Shown: positions 26,232 to 38,810, counted from the first letter of the whole stretch. The stretch is 53,814 nt of DNA, filler included, from Catajapyx aquilonaris (GCA_000934665.2; 3 parts of 3 records of this genome joined end to end with filler, not necessarily neighbours in it), one strand, 5' to 3'. The notes: generated by a model not told the origin, from the letters alone. A program made the numbers and translations.

Positions 26232-27700
26232 TTCGAATCTTTGGTGGACCCAAAAAAAGTACTCCTGCCTCCAATTCACACCAAACTTGGCATCATGAAG
26301 CAGTTTGTGAAAGCCCTGCCAAAAGATTGTGATATTTCAAGTACCTGGGAAGTAAGTTTCTAGGGCTGTCAGCAGCGAAGGTGAAAGAAGGGGTTTTCGT
26401 CGTTCCTGACATTCGAAACCTCATGAAAGACAAAATATTTGAAACCCAGATGGAAGACATTGAGAGATCGGCTTGTAAATCCTTTAAATAAGTTGTAAAG
26501 AAGTTTTGGGCAATCAGAAAGACCCTGACTTCAAGAAAGTTGTAGGAAACATGCTACAGAACTTCAAAACATTGGGCTGCTCAATGAGCTTGAAGCTCCA
26601 TTTTTTGCTCCCATCTGAGCTATTTTCCAGAAAATCTAGGCAATGCACAGTGGACAAAATCGCGAAATTCATGGTCAACAATAATTTATGTTTGGATTAG
26701 CGTGAATTTAGTATTTGGGAGTTACTCAAGCACGCGGACGATCGTAGTGACGAAAAAGTCGCTACGTTTACCTTAGTCACTACGATCGCCGCGCTCGAGT
26801 CGGACACTCACTTCTCTCCTCGTCTTTCAGTGACGTTCTTCCTATTTTAAATTATTGAAACCACCGATAAATTGTTTAACGTGAAAGAGCAAGGTCCCCA
26901 AAAGCCAGTTGCCAAAACTTAAGTCTTTGGGACTCGATTAACCAATTTTTAAAATCGTATCAAATCAGATAACTATAATAGCACACCTTCCTAAAGAAAT
27001 GCTCGTTTCTCGTAGCGCGCAAAAAAGCGCAAGAAAAGCTTTTAGGCACAGAATGTGACATATACCAGTATGCTATTCCACCTCAAAAACAGACGCGCAA
27101 GCGCGCGCACCACTTTGTAGGTCAAAATTTAATGTGACCTACACTTGTTCTTATTCGTATTTTTCATCATTCTCTAACATGAGCAATAATGGGCATATCA
27201 CTTACATGATGCTAAAACCATTTATCAACAGTGAAACTACACATTTCCAATTACTCGATGGCGTAAAAATTAGTTATGTTGCTGGACATTTCCAATAGGG
27301 AAAAGGCAGCACAATCTTAAGCAACGGGCAAAGTTGATCAACACACTTCTACTGTCGCGAGAACAAGCCCACTTTGAACCGTACCCTATGGCTCTCAGGT
27401 TCAAATCCAAGCTCCAACAATTGCACCACATGTTGCTCTGGTTATTTTTAGATGTGCCTAAGTATGTTTGGACTGGACATTACAAGGTTGCCAAATTGGA
27501 ACTCTGACCATGAACTTCGCGATTTTTTCCACTGTGCAATGTGAGTGAAGAGCAGGGAGAGAGATTCCACCAAGACGTAAAGGAAATGGAACAGAGGTAT
27601 CAGGGCCGGTAGAATGTGAACATGATAGCAGACTACTGCTGGATGATGCATAGGGAGGAAGCACAATCAGTGCACAAGAGGAAAAGTTCTAAACGAAGAC
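26232..27700 (+). pseudogene. Chapaev3-like transposase pseudogene, split by a Transib-like insertion
   Basis: LVDPKKVLLPPIHTKLGIMKQFVKAL...EGVFVVPDIR...LGCSMSLKLHFL...FPENLGN|VSEEQGERFHQDVKEMEQRYQGR*NVNMIADYCW; frameshifts and stops present. Confidence 0.8.
26646..27536. mobile_element. Non-autonomous Transib-like element
   Basis: 31-bp TIRs CACAGTGGA(C/A)AAAATCGCGAA(A/G)TTCATGGTC; perfect 5-bp TSD CAATG. Confidence 0.88.
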
Positions 27701-27975
27701 AAATTAATAAAATTGAAAATACAGCTTCTTTTAAATTTTTTTGTAAATCAAGTTTTTTTACACTCCTACAACTTCTGTGATTTTCCTGAATCTTCATCCT
27801 CACTTTGTGGAAAAACATGACTTGATAAAGGGAAAAGCTCGACATTTCTGAACTCAGCGTATCGAAAAACATAGAAACACACAAAACTGTGCAGAAAAAA
27901 AATAAAAAGTATTATTTCGCAGGCCTGTGATAATAATCAATCAAGGCAAGTTACAGTACATCAAGGGTGACTTAC

Positions 27976-28053
27976 CAGGTCCTTGACCACGATAAGGCGG
28001 CCTTCTCCAGCCTAGCCTGGGTTCCATGCTTGGAGCATCCGGATTGTATGGTT
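27976..28053 (-). CDS. RBM26: RBM26/27 (swm-like) exon
   Basis: TTCTTTGCAG acceptor, GTAAGT donor; PYNPDAPSMEPRLGWRRPPYRGQGP contains the family YNP(E/D)APS motif. Confidence 0.85.
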
Positions 28054-28422
28054 CTGCAAAGAAGAATTGCATACGAAAATTCACAAGGTGCAATTCATGC
28101 TCCTGATAATTATACAAGGTGGGCCAAAATACTTGTACAACTAATATGGCTATTGGCTGTTGGCATTACGCAGCAGTTACTTTTTCATAGTTCTGATCAA
28201 ACATATTAACTTCTATTATTAGCGTACATGTACCAATTATTTTCAAAGCATGCAAAAGTGTTTGGTTGGCTCAAAGTGGGTTCTGTCACTGACGTGAGAT
28301 GCCAATTTTCCAATGGGCCATTCCTAATTGTAAATACATTGCAGTTCAGAGCTTGAGTGGATGATTCAATTTTACCAATAGCCATATTAGTTGGACAAGT
28401 ATTGTGGATCACAGAAGCTAGT

Positions 28423-28870
28423 CTAGGGGACTCAACCTAACCTTTCCGTGACGTAATAGATTCGTGTCCCAACGTACAGTCAACAGACATCTGCAAAGTG
28501 CACCTCTGGAAAAGCTGACTTCACATATCCATGGAGATGCCCTCACACAACAAGAGGAGTAGGCTACCCTTTCGTAACGAGAGACCCTGCACTTTTACCT
28601 ACTCTCCTAGGTGTATCTGCTGAAGGATAGGCATGTATCCACTGGGAAAGAAGGCTAGGTCATGGGGTTTAGTCTCCCATTACGAAAGTCATTACGAGAG
28701 ATAGTGTGTCCTTTTATTGACACCCTTTATTCCTTCAGTTGAGCTAGGGAATCTCCATGGAAATGTGAAAAGTGGTCTTTTCCAGAGGTGCATTTTGCAG
28801 ATGTCAGGTGACTATTTGTTGGGATGCGAAACAATTACGTCACAGGAAGGTTAGGCTGAGTCCCATATAG
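28423..28870. mobile_element. Older foldback element
   Basis: Inverted arms GGGACTCAACCTAACCTTTCCGTGACGTAAT...GACATCTGCAAAGTGCACCTCTGGAAAAG against 28778-28865. Confidence 0.65.
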
Positions 28871-28905
28871 TACCAAATTTGGCATAGCACATCCTGACCT
28901 GATAA

Positions 28906-29773
28906 CACTTTCCTGCAATGATTTTGTGGCATGGGGTTTGATGGGTGACCTGACCAATCCTGAGGGCTTTGATTTCAGATCGGCTTTATCCCCCCCCCCC
29001 CCAAACTAGTACATTGCCTTCCTATGCATGGCAAGGTGTCAGCACATTGAATTTCAAATTCAATATAACTGAGGGTCTCTTATAGCCAAGGTTCTTATAT
29101 CTGGAGTCAACTGAATACAGAGTGAAGGGAAACTCGCGCCAAATCGCCAAGTAGACTGATAGTACTCATAAAACTAATGTAGGGATGTGCAATGAGTTTT
29201 TGGCTCCATTGAGTAGTTCATGCATATCGCGCCCTTAAAGTGTAGAAGGCCGGATGGTACAATACGAGGAAAAAATGACAGAGTGCACTGGTGTCGTACC
29301 CAGATTCTTACTCTGATGGGATTTGATCGCCTTTTGCACATGGACAATGTGTTAGGGGACCAAGGCATGGGACTGGAGGTCCTCGAACTGACTTTTGCTT
29401 CCGAGAAGCTGGCGGAATGGATGTGATGTCACAAAACTTTGATGGCGCCGTACACATTAACTATGCAATGGAGCCCAATACTAATTGCACATCCCTATAT
29501 TAGTTTTACGAGTACTATCAGTCTACTTGGCGAGAGTTTCCCTTCACCCTGTATACAGTTGACTTCAGATATATTAGTTTTACGAATACTGTGAGTCTAC
29601 CTGGCGATTTGGCGCGAGTTTCCCTTCACCCTGTATAATGAAATAATTATAAAATTATCATTGCAAGAAAACTGAACATAATAAGAAAACCTGAAATCAA
29701 CGCCCTCGGGTTAGGTCAGGTCACCCATCAAACCCCATGCTGCATAAAAAAATTTTAACTTTGCAGGGTAGTG
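28906..29773. mobile_element. Non-autonomous CAC...GTG element with TAA TSD (Chapaev3-like), hosting nested MITEs
   Basis: TAA-CAC...GTG-TAA; ~50-bp subterminal inverted repeat 28929-28978/29691-29740. Confidence 0.65.
29118..29633. mobile_element. CAG(A/G)GTG mariner-type foldback MITE with duplicated right end
   Basis: Left arm from 29118; right ends at 29551 and again at 29633, each followed by TA. Confidence 0.8.
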
Positions 29774-30311
29774 TAATTAGTCTACTCATGTTCACTAACA
29801 AGCAACAGACATGCACAGGTGTTTCCATGGCAGAAGAGAACAAAGGAACCAGCACCACAATTAAGGGGTCACTAAAAGCTACCACAAATGGCTGAAAAAG
29901 TCATGCAGGATGACAGTGGAAGTGATGTGCCTGCCTATATGATTGTGGCTGCTTCTAAGATAACTCTGTTATGGCAATTTCACAAATTTGGGCTCCGCTA
30001 TGGAAATAATTATGTGCTAATTCACATTGAATGTTTTTCCACCGTAAACTTTCCTGACATAAACAGACAAATTATTTAGACAGGAGATAAGTAGTCATTA
30101 CCCAATGGCTTGTGTCCCACAAATTAATGTTGCGAGTGATTATGCAGAAATTTCACAAGTACAGCCTTGCATTGAATGCTCAATTGTGGCATTATCATAA
30201 CTAACAGTAGTCGCAATAAATAATAAATGACAGGATTTCCCACAATAGCTTGTATCCTCGTAGGGGATACCATTTTCAAAATTGATTAAATCACTGCACA
30301 CTGACAGATTT

Positions 30312-30611
30312 GATTTGATTTTTTTAGTTATTTATATTACCCCATTGGGAGAATCGGCACTCCATTAGAAGGGTGGAATACCACCATTTCACCACTCAAT
30401 CCTTCTGAAATTTTTTTTCTTCTCACATGGATGGGGCCAAGGATAGGGAAGGACGGAAGCGGTTGGCTGTGGCCTCTTGTACGGAAGCGACCCCGGAATT
30501 ATTCTGGGGGGACCATGGAAAACCACGGTCTGAATCGCCGGCTGCGGGAATTGAACCAGACCTCCCGATTAGCAGTCGGACTCCTTAACCACTACACCAA
30601 CCTTCTTCGGT
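30312..30611 (-). mobile_element. tRNA-derived SINE (same head/body as 11718 copy)
   Basis: A box TGGTGTAGTGG, stem-loop CCGA-CTGCTAA-TCGG, B box GGTTCAATTCC; 15-bp TSD CACACTGA(C/T)AGATTT. Confidence 0.85.
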
Positions 30612-31292
30612 CACACTGATAGATTTTGACAGGGGGAGTAAATGCTAGAACCCCGAAAAAATACATGCGAATTGGGAAAAAAACCCATCAAAACTATTTC
30701 CACATGAGAAATTCCTCTGTCCAACCCTGGGATTGAACACACAACCTCATATGTGGAAGGCTGTGGAGCTATAGTATAACTCAAAGTATGACAAGAGTTC
30801 CTGGGATATTTCTGTCTACCCCACCACCTCCAAAATGCTGCTTCCTAACAAGCTTCATCCGCAAAGGGATTCAGAAGAGTCAGGCCAGTACACTGTGTTG
30901 CCCATTACAGATGTACAAATAGTGCTCTGTGCCATTCGTTCAATGAACATGGCATCCCACAGGAAGAACAAAGTGAAGGAAACAATCCTCAAATGCCATG
31001 TTCACTGAACGAATAGCACGTATGTAATGGGCAACACAGTATTCTGGTCTGACTCTTCCAAACCATTTTGTGGATTAATCTTGTTGGGAAGTGGGGCATA
31101 ATGGACGCGGTCGAGATTTTTGGATAGACTGGAAACACCAGAAACGCTTGCCATGTTTCGAGTAATACTATAACCACTACACCACTGTGCCACCCATAGC
31201 AGTAATAGTATTACATCACAGGCAAGCGATGTACGGAACTTGTGTGAGACACGCAGGATAGGGTGATTCCTGCCTACTACTCCTCATCTTAC

Positions 31293-31361
31293 CTTGGCTC
31301 TTGGTCCCAGCTGATGGTTCAAGTGGACATAATGCCATGTCATTTGGCAAGGAATTGTATC
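31293..31361 (-). CDS. RBM26: Probable RBM26/27 exon (69 nt, phase 1-1, possible cassette)
   Basis: TTTGTTTAG acceptor, AAG/GTAAGA donor, open frame YNSLPNDMALCPLEPSAGTKSQ in phase with the next exon; no recognisable conserved motif. Confidence 0.5.
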
Positions 31362-32630
31362 CTAAACAAAGAAAATGTTGGCAGAATTTACTAGAGCAGA
31401 TGTCTTCAACTACTGTTCCACCAATATATTTGTAATACTGGCTGATTAATTAGTCCAATAAAACTAAGTACTATGCTGCAGTAGTTTTAAAGTGTCATGG
31501 CTTCTTGTTAGGATTACAATAAGTTATGTACATAAAACTACTATTTCAAATGCAGCCTTTTACAAAGGTCATAACTTCTCTACACAACAAAAACGCCATG
31601 ATATCATTTCACTCAGTTTTGACTCAATGGTTAACTTGATCCCTTATGCTACTCTCATTACTTCTCAATTTCTTCTTGTTTATGAAAAAGAAATATACAC
31701 TTAGGTGAAGAGATATGATGATGTGCATGCCAGCCAATGTGTGACGAGAGGGCTAGTGGAGTGTTAAATAATGGTTGCCAAGAGTGTGCCCAACTAAGAG
31801 GGGTAATGAAGAGCAACCAAATGGAAAGGGAACAACCTTCCATTAGTTGTTAAGTGCAGCAGCAAACAAAAAAAAATAAAAAAAAAAATCCTAACACATC
31901 AGTCCAGAAACAGTTTCATCACAACGTTCATGCAAGATGGCCAACAACAACAAAAATTGCACAAAATTTCATTCACACTAAGTTCTGGCTGTTTAGGTAC
32001 TAGCACTAAGACATAGGGGAATAAGACTTCATAGGTGAGGCTTCAGTGTAATTTTGCGTAGGGGTGTGCAGTAGTGCAAATTATTTGCATTGTAACAAAT
32101 GTGCCATGGTACCTTGCCTAGATAGTGGAATCTCTGCTTCCATTGAATTACAAAAAGGTAAGGGTCAGTTGTGACGGGCATGACCATTTGGATGACCACT
32201 TTCTAATTGCTCAGCCACATTCTGCCGGCACAGTGGGAACAATGCTTGACTTCTCGTATCTTCCTCAGTTCACCTTACTCTCATGCTTCCCTCCTCCTCA
32301 TTTTCTCACCTTGTAGTCCCCATCTACTGTGCCTCACACTATGCAGGCTGCTTGCTTGTATGACATTCCCATTACTATTTACCATCCTCCTCAGTGAAAG
32401 GAGGTGTAAGTGCAGGGGGCATTTGCAACTAGTTGTTCTGCTCTGGTCCTAGAACTCATGCTTGCTCTAAGAGCAAGCACACTGTATTCCCGATTATCCG
32501 TGCTAATGAATGTACAGATGTCGCCACATAATCAGAAAACACGATAATCTGAAAATGGTCGTAGATACCATGAAAACGAGCTACTCACAGGACTTTATTG
32601 CACTACTGTACATAGTGTATGCTGCTTTAA

Positions 32631-34031
32631 CCCCTTGCGGCATAGCGTTTGGACAGTGCTAACACCCAGAAATATTTTTCCCCGCCGAACCAGGTGCTGC
32701 TTTCAAAATAAACACCATGGATGTCTGCTAGGTACTGCCCTCTATAAGGGACAAACTCGAAACTGCCAAAGAATAAACAGCTCTGTTGGATCCAGCCCAT
32801 TGTAATGGCATGCTCTTTGATGTCGCGTGCGCATCTACGCGATTTTTTCCCCCTGGGTGTCCCTCAGGTCTGAAACTACAGGGTGATTCTCTCGAATGGA
32901 AACCCAAACATCCCCAATAACTTTTTAACTATGGTATGGTTCCCGATGAAAATTGACATGTAGGCTACTTACCTTGTATCATGCCAAACAAGGTCTGACT
33001 AAAGAATATACCAAAAGTGGTCCCCTGCAGCATCCCAAAAAATTTTAATGCGAGTCTGCATATTGCCGAAGACTCCTGCTGATTCCTGGTGGGGATTGCA
33101 CTCATCCCCACCGGCCCGCCTACTTGGCGGGCGGGCATCTCAAGTCAACGGGCCTGTTGCCTTGAGATGCTCTCTCGCCAAGCAGGAGGGCCGGTGGGGA
33201 TGAGTGCAATCTCCGCCAGGAATCAGCAGGAGTCTTCGGCAATATGCAGACTCGCATTAAAAAATTATTGTATGCTGGAGGGGACCACTTTTGGTATATT
33301 CTTTAGTCATTCCTTGTTTGGCATGATACAAGGTAAGTACATGTCAATTTTCATCGGGAACCATACCACAGTTAAAAAGTTATTGAGGAATGTTTGGGTT
33401 TCCATTCGAGAGAATCACCCTGTATAAGACTTTCCTATTACATTCTTGTAGTATATGGTTACCATATATACAAGTAGCCATACATTACAACAATGTAACA
33501 GGAAACTGCTATGGTTCCAGAACCTGTGGAACACCCTGTACATCGAAGCCTTCGATAAGTAATTGTGCCATTTTCTCATTCAGAACAGTTTATCGGTTCA
33601 TGGCAAAATGGAAAAGGGCAGTAATTTGTTTTTGTAAAGCCAACAACTTGTAATATTACAGGTGTTTGCCATTGGGTGCATTATTGTGAGACAATAATGG
33701 CGCAATAATGATGATTGTGCACAGATTCAGGTGTCCATGCTCTACACTCTACAGACCATGTTGCACTGTGCCGCTGATTATTATTATTTTTTTAAGTGTG
33801 CTACAAAGTGAAATAAAGTTTTGGCATGCCAGTTCTTCACTATTGTTTGTTACTGTTTTCAAAGATTCGCTCAATGTGCCATGATGATGGCAAGATGAAC
33901 ACACCTCATAACTGCATAAGTATAAGGAATAACTTGGTTATTTTTTCACCTGGCTAACTGATGCCCAGTGACCATGTCACATGACTTTTCAAAGGGAAAC
34001 GCATTGGCATCTAACGAGGTGTCTCAAAGGG
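32631..34031. mobile_element. piggyBac-like non-autonomous element
   Basis: TTAA-CCC...GGG-TTAA with imperfect 12-bp TIRs. Confidence 0.6.
32879..33422. mobile_element. Whole-length palindromic CAGGGTG mariner-type MITE
   Basis: TA-CAGGGTGATTCTCTCGAATGGAAACCC...; arms pair to a ~17-nt loop near 33150. Confidence 0.9.
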
Positions 34032-34853
34032 TTAACAAAGGTTGAATCAAAATAATAAAACTTGGCACAGATTTTCAGTTTGTCTTCTGGATCAAGTCTG
34101 TTATATTTCTTTGTTTGCAAGACAGACATTTTTTGTACTTTTTTTTTTTTTGTGATGCACGGATAATCTGGAGTACAGTGTAGCAATGTGTTGGAATGCC
34201 TGCTTTTGCTTTGACAACCCATTTTCCTTGCCTTAAACCTAAAAGACGGGTGGTTTTTCGCCTTTTTGCAAGTATCTGCAAAAAATTCGCTTTCTTTGGG
34301 ACTTGGGGGACGAGACTTCAAAACACTAGTGAATGATCATATAGTGTCCTGGCCTGATCCTGAGGCCATCTATGTGACCCTCCTCTCATGCGGAGGCAGT
34401 GGAAACTCTCAAATGCATAACAAGGTGGCGCAGAGGCGTATGTTTCGCGCCTACTCCATTTTTTTGTCACTCTGCCTGCTTGACAAAAAATTATCAGTAT
34501 GTAGCCTTGGCATCGCTGAATAAAGCAGTACATAAACACATAGCTGTGTTGATAAACACTCACGAGTATACATCCTTGAGCCACAGCTATTCAAAATCCG
34601 CGGGGGACATGCTGCCCCTCGAGCCATACAGAGCAGGGTTGGCAATAATCAATGATTATTTTAAAATAATCAAATAATCGGATTATTTTGATTATAATCT
34701 GCTTATTTTGATAATAATGTTATTATTTGTCGTACAGCACTTTATTTCATTTTCCTGATAAAACCCCCACCTGCTATTTGAAGAAAATCAAGAAATGTAT
34801 GTCAATATTGTCAAACATGTTACATTCCAAGGAAAGTGCATTATACAATATAC

Positions 34854-35302
34854 AGTCAATCCTCTTTTAACACGGATTCCGCTTACTTGGGAGCGACTAG
34901 CCGACTACACTATTCAGTAGTGTACCTGTGTACATACCTGTAAGTCTGTAACACTTACAGTATTATTGTACACTACTGCATTACGCAGAAAGCAGTGCCT
35001 GATGTACTACCTCTGTGGCTCTGTCATGTTCTCATGTACTGATTATGATAATTAAACTGTACTTTACTACATAATTTATACAATAAGTCAAGACTCAAGA
35101 GTCAAGAGTTTTAACTTTTAACTTTTTGACTGGCGAGTTTGTGATTATTGGTAGGATAAATGTATGACGAACCTGGTCCCCCAGGAACCTATCCCCCTAT
35201 TTCCCAATTTCCATAAGATTAAATTATTAATGTAATAATGTTTTACTTTACACGAAGTCACGAACCTATCTGGCTATCCCCGATGTTAAACGAGGATTGA
35301 CT
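34854..35302. mobile_element. Tigger-like MITE
   Basis: TA-CAGTCAATCCTC(T/G)TTTAACA ... TGTTAAACGAGGATTGACTG-TA. Confidence 0.8.
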
Positions 35303-35587
35303 GTACTATTGACCGCAAAAGTAATGTCGCGACTGTTTATGTGTTTATGTGTTGGTAATCCTGGGTGTTGCCAGGTTACGGACATGTTGATTTCGATGTT
35401 CCGGAATCCACAACACTCTGCTCACCGGTCACGGCCGCGGCCGCAGTCCCACGGTCCCGTGGCCGTACAGTCCGGCTCGCGGTTTGAGATCCCCGCTACT
35501 TATTCGTGCAACTTATTTCTAGTTTGTAGAGTCTGCGTAATTTATAAAAACAGAACCCACTCGTTTAGCAGCGGTTTCATCCACACT

Positions 35588-35687
35588 NNNNNNNNNNNNN
35601 NNNNNNNNNNNNNNNNNNNNNNNNNNNNNNNTTAATTAATTAANNNNNNNNNNNNNNNNNNNNNNNNNNNNNNNNNNNNNNNNNNNN
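35588..35687. other. Artificial assembly linker
   Basis: Identical N44-TTAATTAATTAA-N44 structure. Confidence 0.97.
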
Positions 35688-36960
35688 GATATTAGTTTCT
35701 CAGTACACAGTTTGCCCAGTTAAAATTTCAAGAAAATCTGAGATGGTGGGTGACATGGCTGGATGTACTGACATGGAATGACCCCATCGTGGGAATAAGA
35801 CAGTGACGATAGTGTGATAATAACGAAGCGCCTGAGTCTCAAAATAATATCCCCCTCAGCCCGCTCATTCCGATGCCATGCATTGGTAAGCATGCACACA
35901 CCCTTCCCTATATGTCGCCCAGCATCAATCGCTACCTGTTAACAGTGGCAACGACAGAAAGAACGCTAAGCACTCTCCACATGCCGATGTCCGAACACGA
36001 CCAGTTGCCAGGTAACGCCAAAGTCGTTGTTTACACTTGTTATATGCTATTGTGCACGGCACTGTACCTGACGGCAGTCTAGGCATCCTTTGGGGGGGAT
36101 ACGTGGGTATACACAGTATGCCCACTGAAAATTTCAGCTGTGTAGCGTATGCTTACCGCCTTTGAAGAAAATGTGCGGGTATACTGAGAATACCAAGCAC
36201 TGATAGAAAATTGCTCTAAAATGTGATTTTTGCAGATTATTTTTCAAAACATTTTCGGGGGAGGGCCCTCGGCCCCCCCCCCCCCCCCCCCCCCCNCCCT
36301 AGGCTGAACCTGCGGTGAGGGCCGTACCACAGGTTCAGCCTAGTGGGCTACAGATGCTAAATAAGACACTGGCACAGGGACATACAACCCCCTGGTGGTG
36401 TGGCTGGCCCATGATGTGTATGTAGTATGTTGCCATTCTCCCCGGGAGTACAGTATAACCACCGTCTTTCACACCAAAGCAGCACTGCGGCAGTCAGCAC
36501 AGGAATGAAGAGGTCCCACCCCGATTGCGCATGCGCAGAACGGGGGCCGCCTGGACGTATTGTTACCACTTGGTAACAATACGTCCAGGCAACAATAAAC
36601 CAATCAGAGGGCAAAACCATACACACCCACTACGATTTGAAAGCTATACATTAAAATGACGTAGATACTTATGAACTCTGAAACTGCCTGTTTCCCATGG
36701 CTATGTGGCAAAAAATCACGACAAATGTATTTGAAGGAATTTGGAATTTTGTAACAATTTTAGCTTTGGTTGCATGATCACAAGAAGGCATTGGTTCATA
36801 TTCAATTGTCATTCTGCATTAGGTTTATTTGGGTGAATTTACACGGAGTTCACCTGACTTGAACTCGTATTATTTTCCATTGAAGATGTTTTGTGTGCAT
36901 GGAATTGAATAATTGTGCATCAAACCATGGCCACCTAGAGACAAGGCCGGGGCGCCGGAG

Positions 36961-37790
36961 CAGGGCCACCTAGAGACAAGGCCCGGGCGCCGGAATCATG
37001 ACGTCACGCTAGGGGGCGAGCTCCTCCGTAAGCGAACTATGGCGGGAGCACATTTTTGTACACGTTTTCTCTATTATTTTCATGCCAATGCATCGGAGGA
37101 TCATAACACACTCTAATTGATATCTGGGGAATGATTTGGTGATTCCAACGATGTGAAAAAATCGCACATGTTTTTGTTTGACAGTAGTAAATGGTGGGGG
37201 AGAACCCAGCTGTCCTTCGTCCAGATGTCAATCACTTATTCCCTCGAAATTATCCACTCTGATTTAGATAACACTGGTCTACAAAATTGTTGTACAATTG
37301 GTCTACAAGTGTTGGGTATGTACTGTATGTAATTATCAAGAGCTAAATGGTATTATGTCGTGTAATGTGCTAATTTTGGTTCAATGCTTATGAGTATAAC
37401 TTGCCTGTTACGTTTGGACTCTTTCCGCAAAATAGGAAATATGAAATAATATTAAAATTAATACTTTATAATTTAAAACCTCATTGTTATTAATTATTCC
37501 TGCACTTCTTCCTCATGCCTGACATCCTTCGTCTTATATATCGCCGAATATGCAGACACATTGCACACATACTAAATCGAATTTGGTGCCGTTGGAATCC
37601 CCACATTCTTTCCCTGACATCAATTAGAGGGTGTCATGGGCCTCCGATGCATTGGTATGACGAAAATCGCTGAAATGTGTACAACAACGTGCTCCCGCCA
37701 TAGCCCGCTTATGGAAAAGCTAGCCCCCTAGCGTGACGTCACAGCGATCCACCCGTTCCCGCGCCCCGGCCTTGTCTCTAGGTGGCCCTG
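36961..37790. mobile_element. Second copy of the same P-like family inserted into the outer copy's left TIR
   Basis: CAGGGCCACCTAGAGACAAGGCC TIRs; 7-bp TSD GCCGGA(G/A); body collinear with 37791-39229. Confidence 0.82.
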
Positions 37791-38140
37791 GCCGGAATCA
37801 TGACGTCACGCTAGGGGGCGAGCTCCTCCATAAGTGGACTATGGCGGGAGCACATTTTTGTACACGTTTTCTCTATTCTCTTCATACACCCTCTAATTGA
37901 TATCTGGGAAATGATTTGGTGATTCCAACGATGTGAAAAAATTGCACATGTTTTTGTTTGACAGTGGTAAATGGTGGGGGAGAACCCAGCTATCCTTTGT
38001 CCAGATGTCAATCACTTCCCTCCGAAGCTAATTGGGCCCATACCCTGCGTAGCCCGATAACTTTCAGAGGTTTTTAACTCTCACACATTCTGTAGACCAG
38101 TGTTTCATGAGACAGCAGTGTTGGGTATGTACTGTATGTA

Positions 38141-38529
38141 CAGTACAGTTCATAAAGAATGGTAAGACTCTATATGGACAAAATTTTATTCTGCTCCCAA
38201 CCCTTGGGTCACCAGCATGTTTTTAGGGGTCATGAGGAAGGCTGGGAAAAGGCAATTAAAATCAAGAGAAAAAGAGAAGAAAAGAAAAAGGCAAAGTAAG
38301 CAAATTTAAGGGGGGAAATTCATCTGAATTCTATGTAAGCATTGTACCAGGTTGAACATTTTGGTAATAAAAAATTTTCGGAAAAAACCGGGAGGGGACC
38401 ATATGGGTCGCAAGAGATCTAGGACAAGTTATCCATAGTGTCGCGACCAAATCAGGTTGGGAATAATGCTGGATAGTCATAATAGACACGTCGTCCATAC
38501 AGTCGTTCCATTCTTTATGAGTGGGACTG
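38141..38529. mobile_element. Tc1-like MITE nested in the P-like element
   Basis: CAGT....TCATAAAGAATGG TIRs; absent from the paralogous inner copy. Confidence 0.6.
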
Positions 38530-38810
38530 GTATATATTATGTTGTGTATTGTGGTAATTTTGCTTCAATGCTTATGAGTATAACTTGCATGTTATGTTTG
38601 GACTCTTTCTGCAAAAATAGGAAAGATGAAATGATATTAAAATTAATACTTGATGATGTAAAACCCCATTGTTATTTATTCCTGCACTTTCTTCCTCACG
38701 CCTAACATCCTTCGTCTTATATCACGAAATATGAAGACACATTGCACACATACTAAATCGAATTTGGTGCCGTTGGAATTCCCATATTATTTTCCTGACA
38801 TCAATTAGAG

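Larger units (their letters stand above)
25922..27929 (+). mobile_element. Internally deleted Chapaev3-like DNA transposon
   Basis: Short TIRs CACAGG(T/C)CTG(T/C)GA; TAA on the left (right flank imperfect); carries a transposase remnant. Confidence 0.75.
32480..34180. mobile_element. Tigger-like element, outer member of a triple nest
   Basis: TIR CACTGTA(T/C)TCC(C/A)GATTATCCGTGC; TA on the right. Confidence 0.7.

Noticed and set aside
26646..26690. Full RSS (heptamer plus nonamer) implying a V(D)J-like system
   Set aside because: Only the heptamer is present; no ACAAAAACC at 12/23 spacing and no RAG-like ORF in the window.
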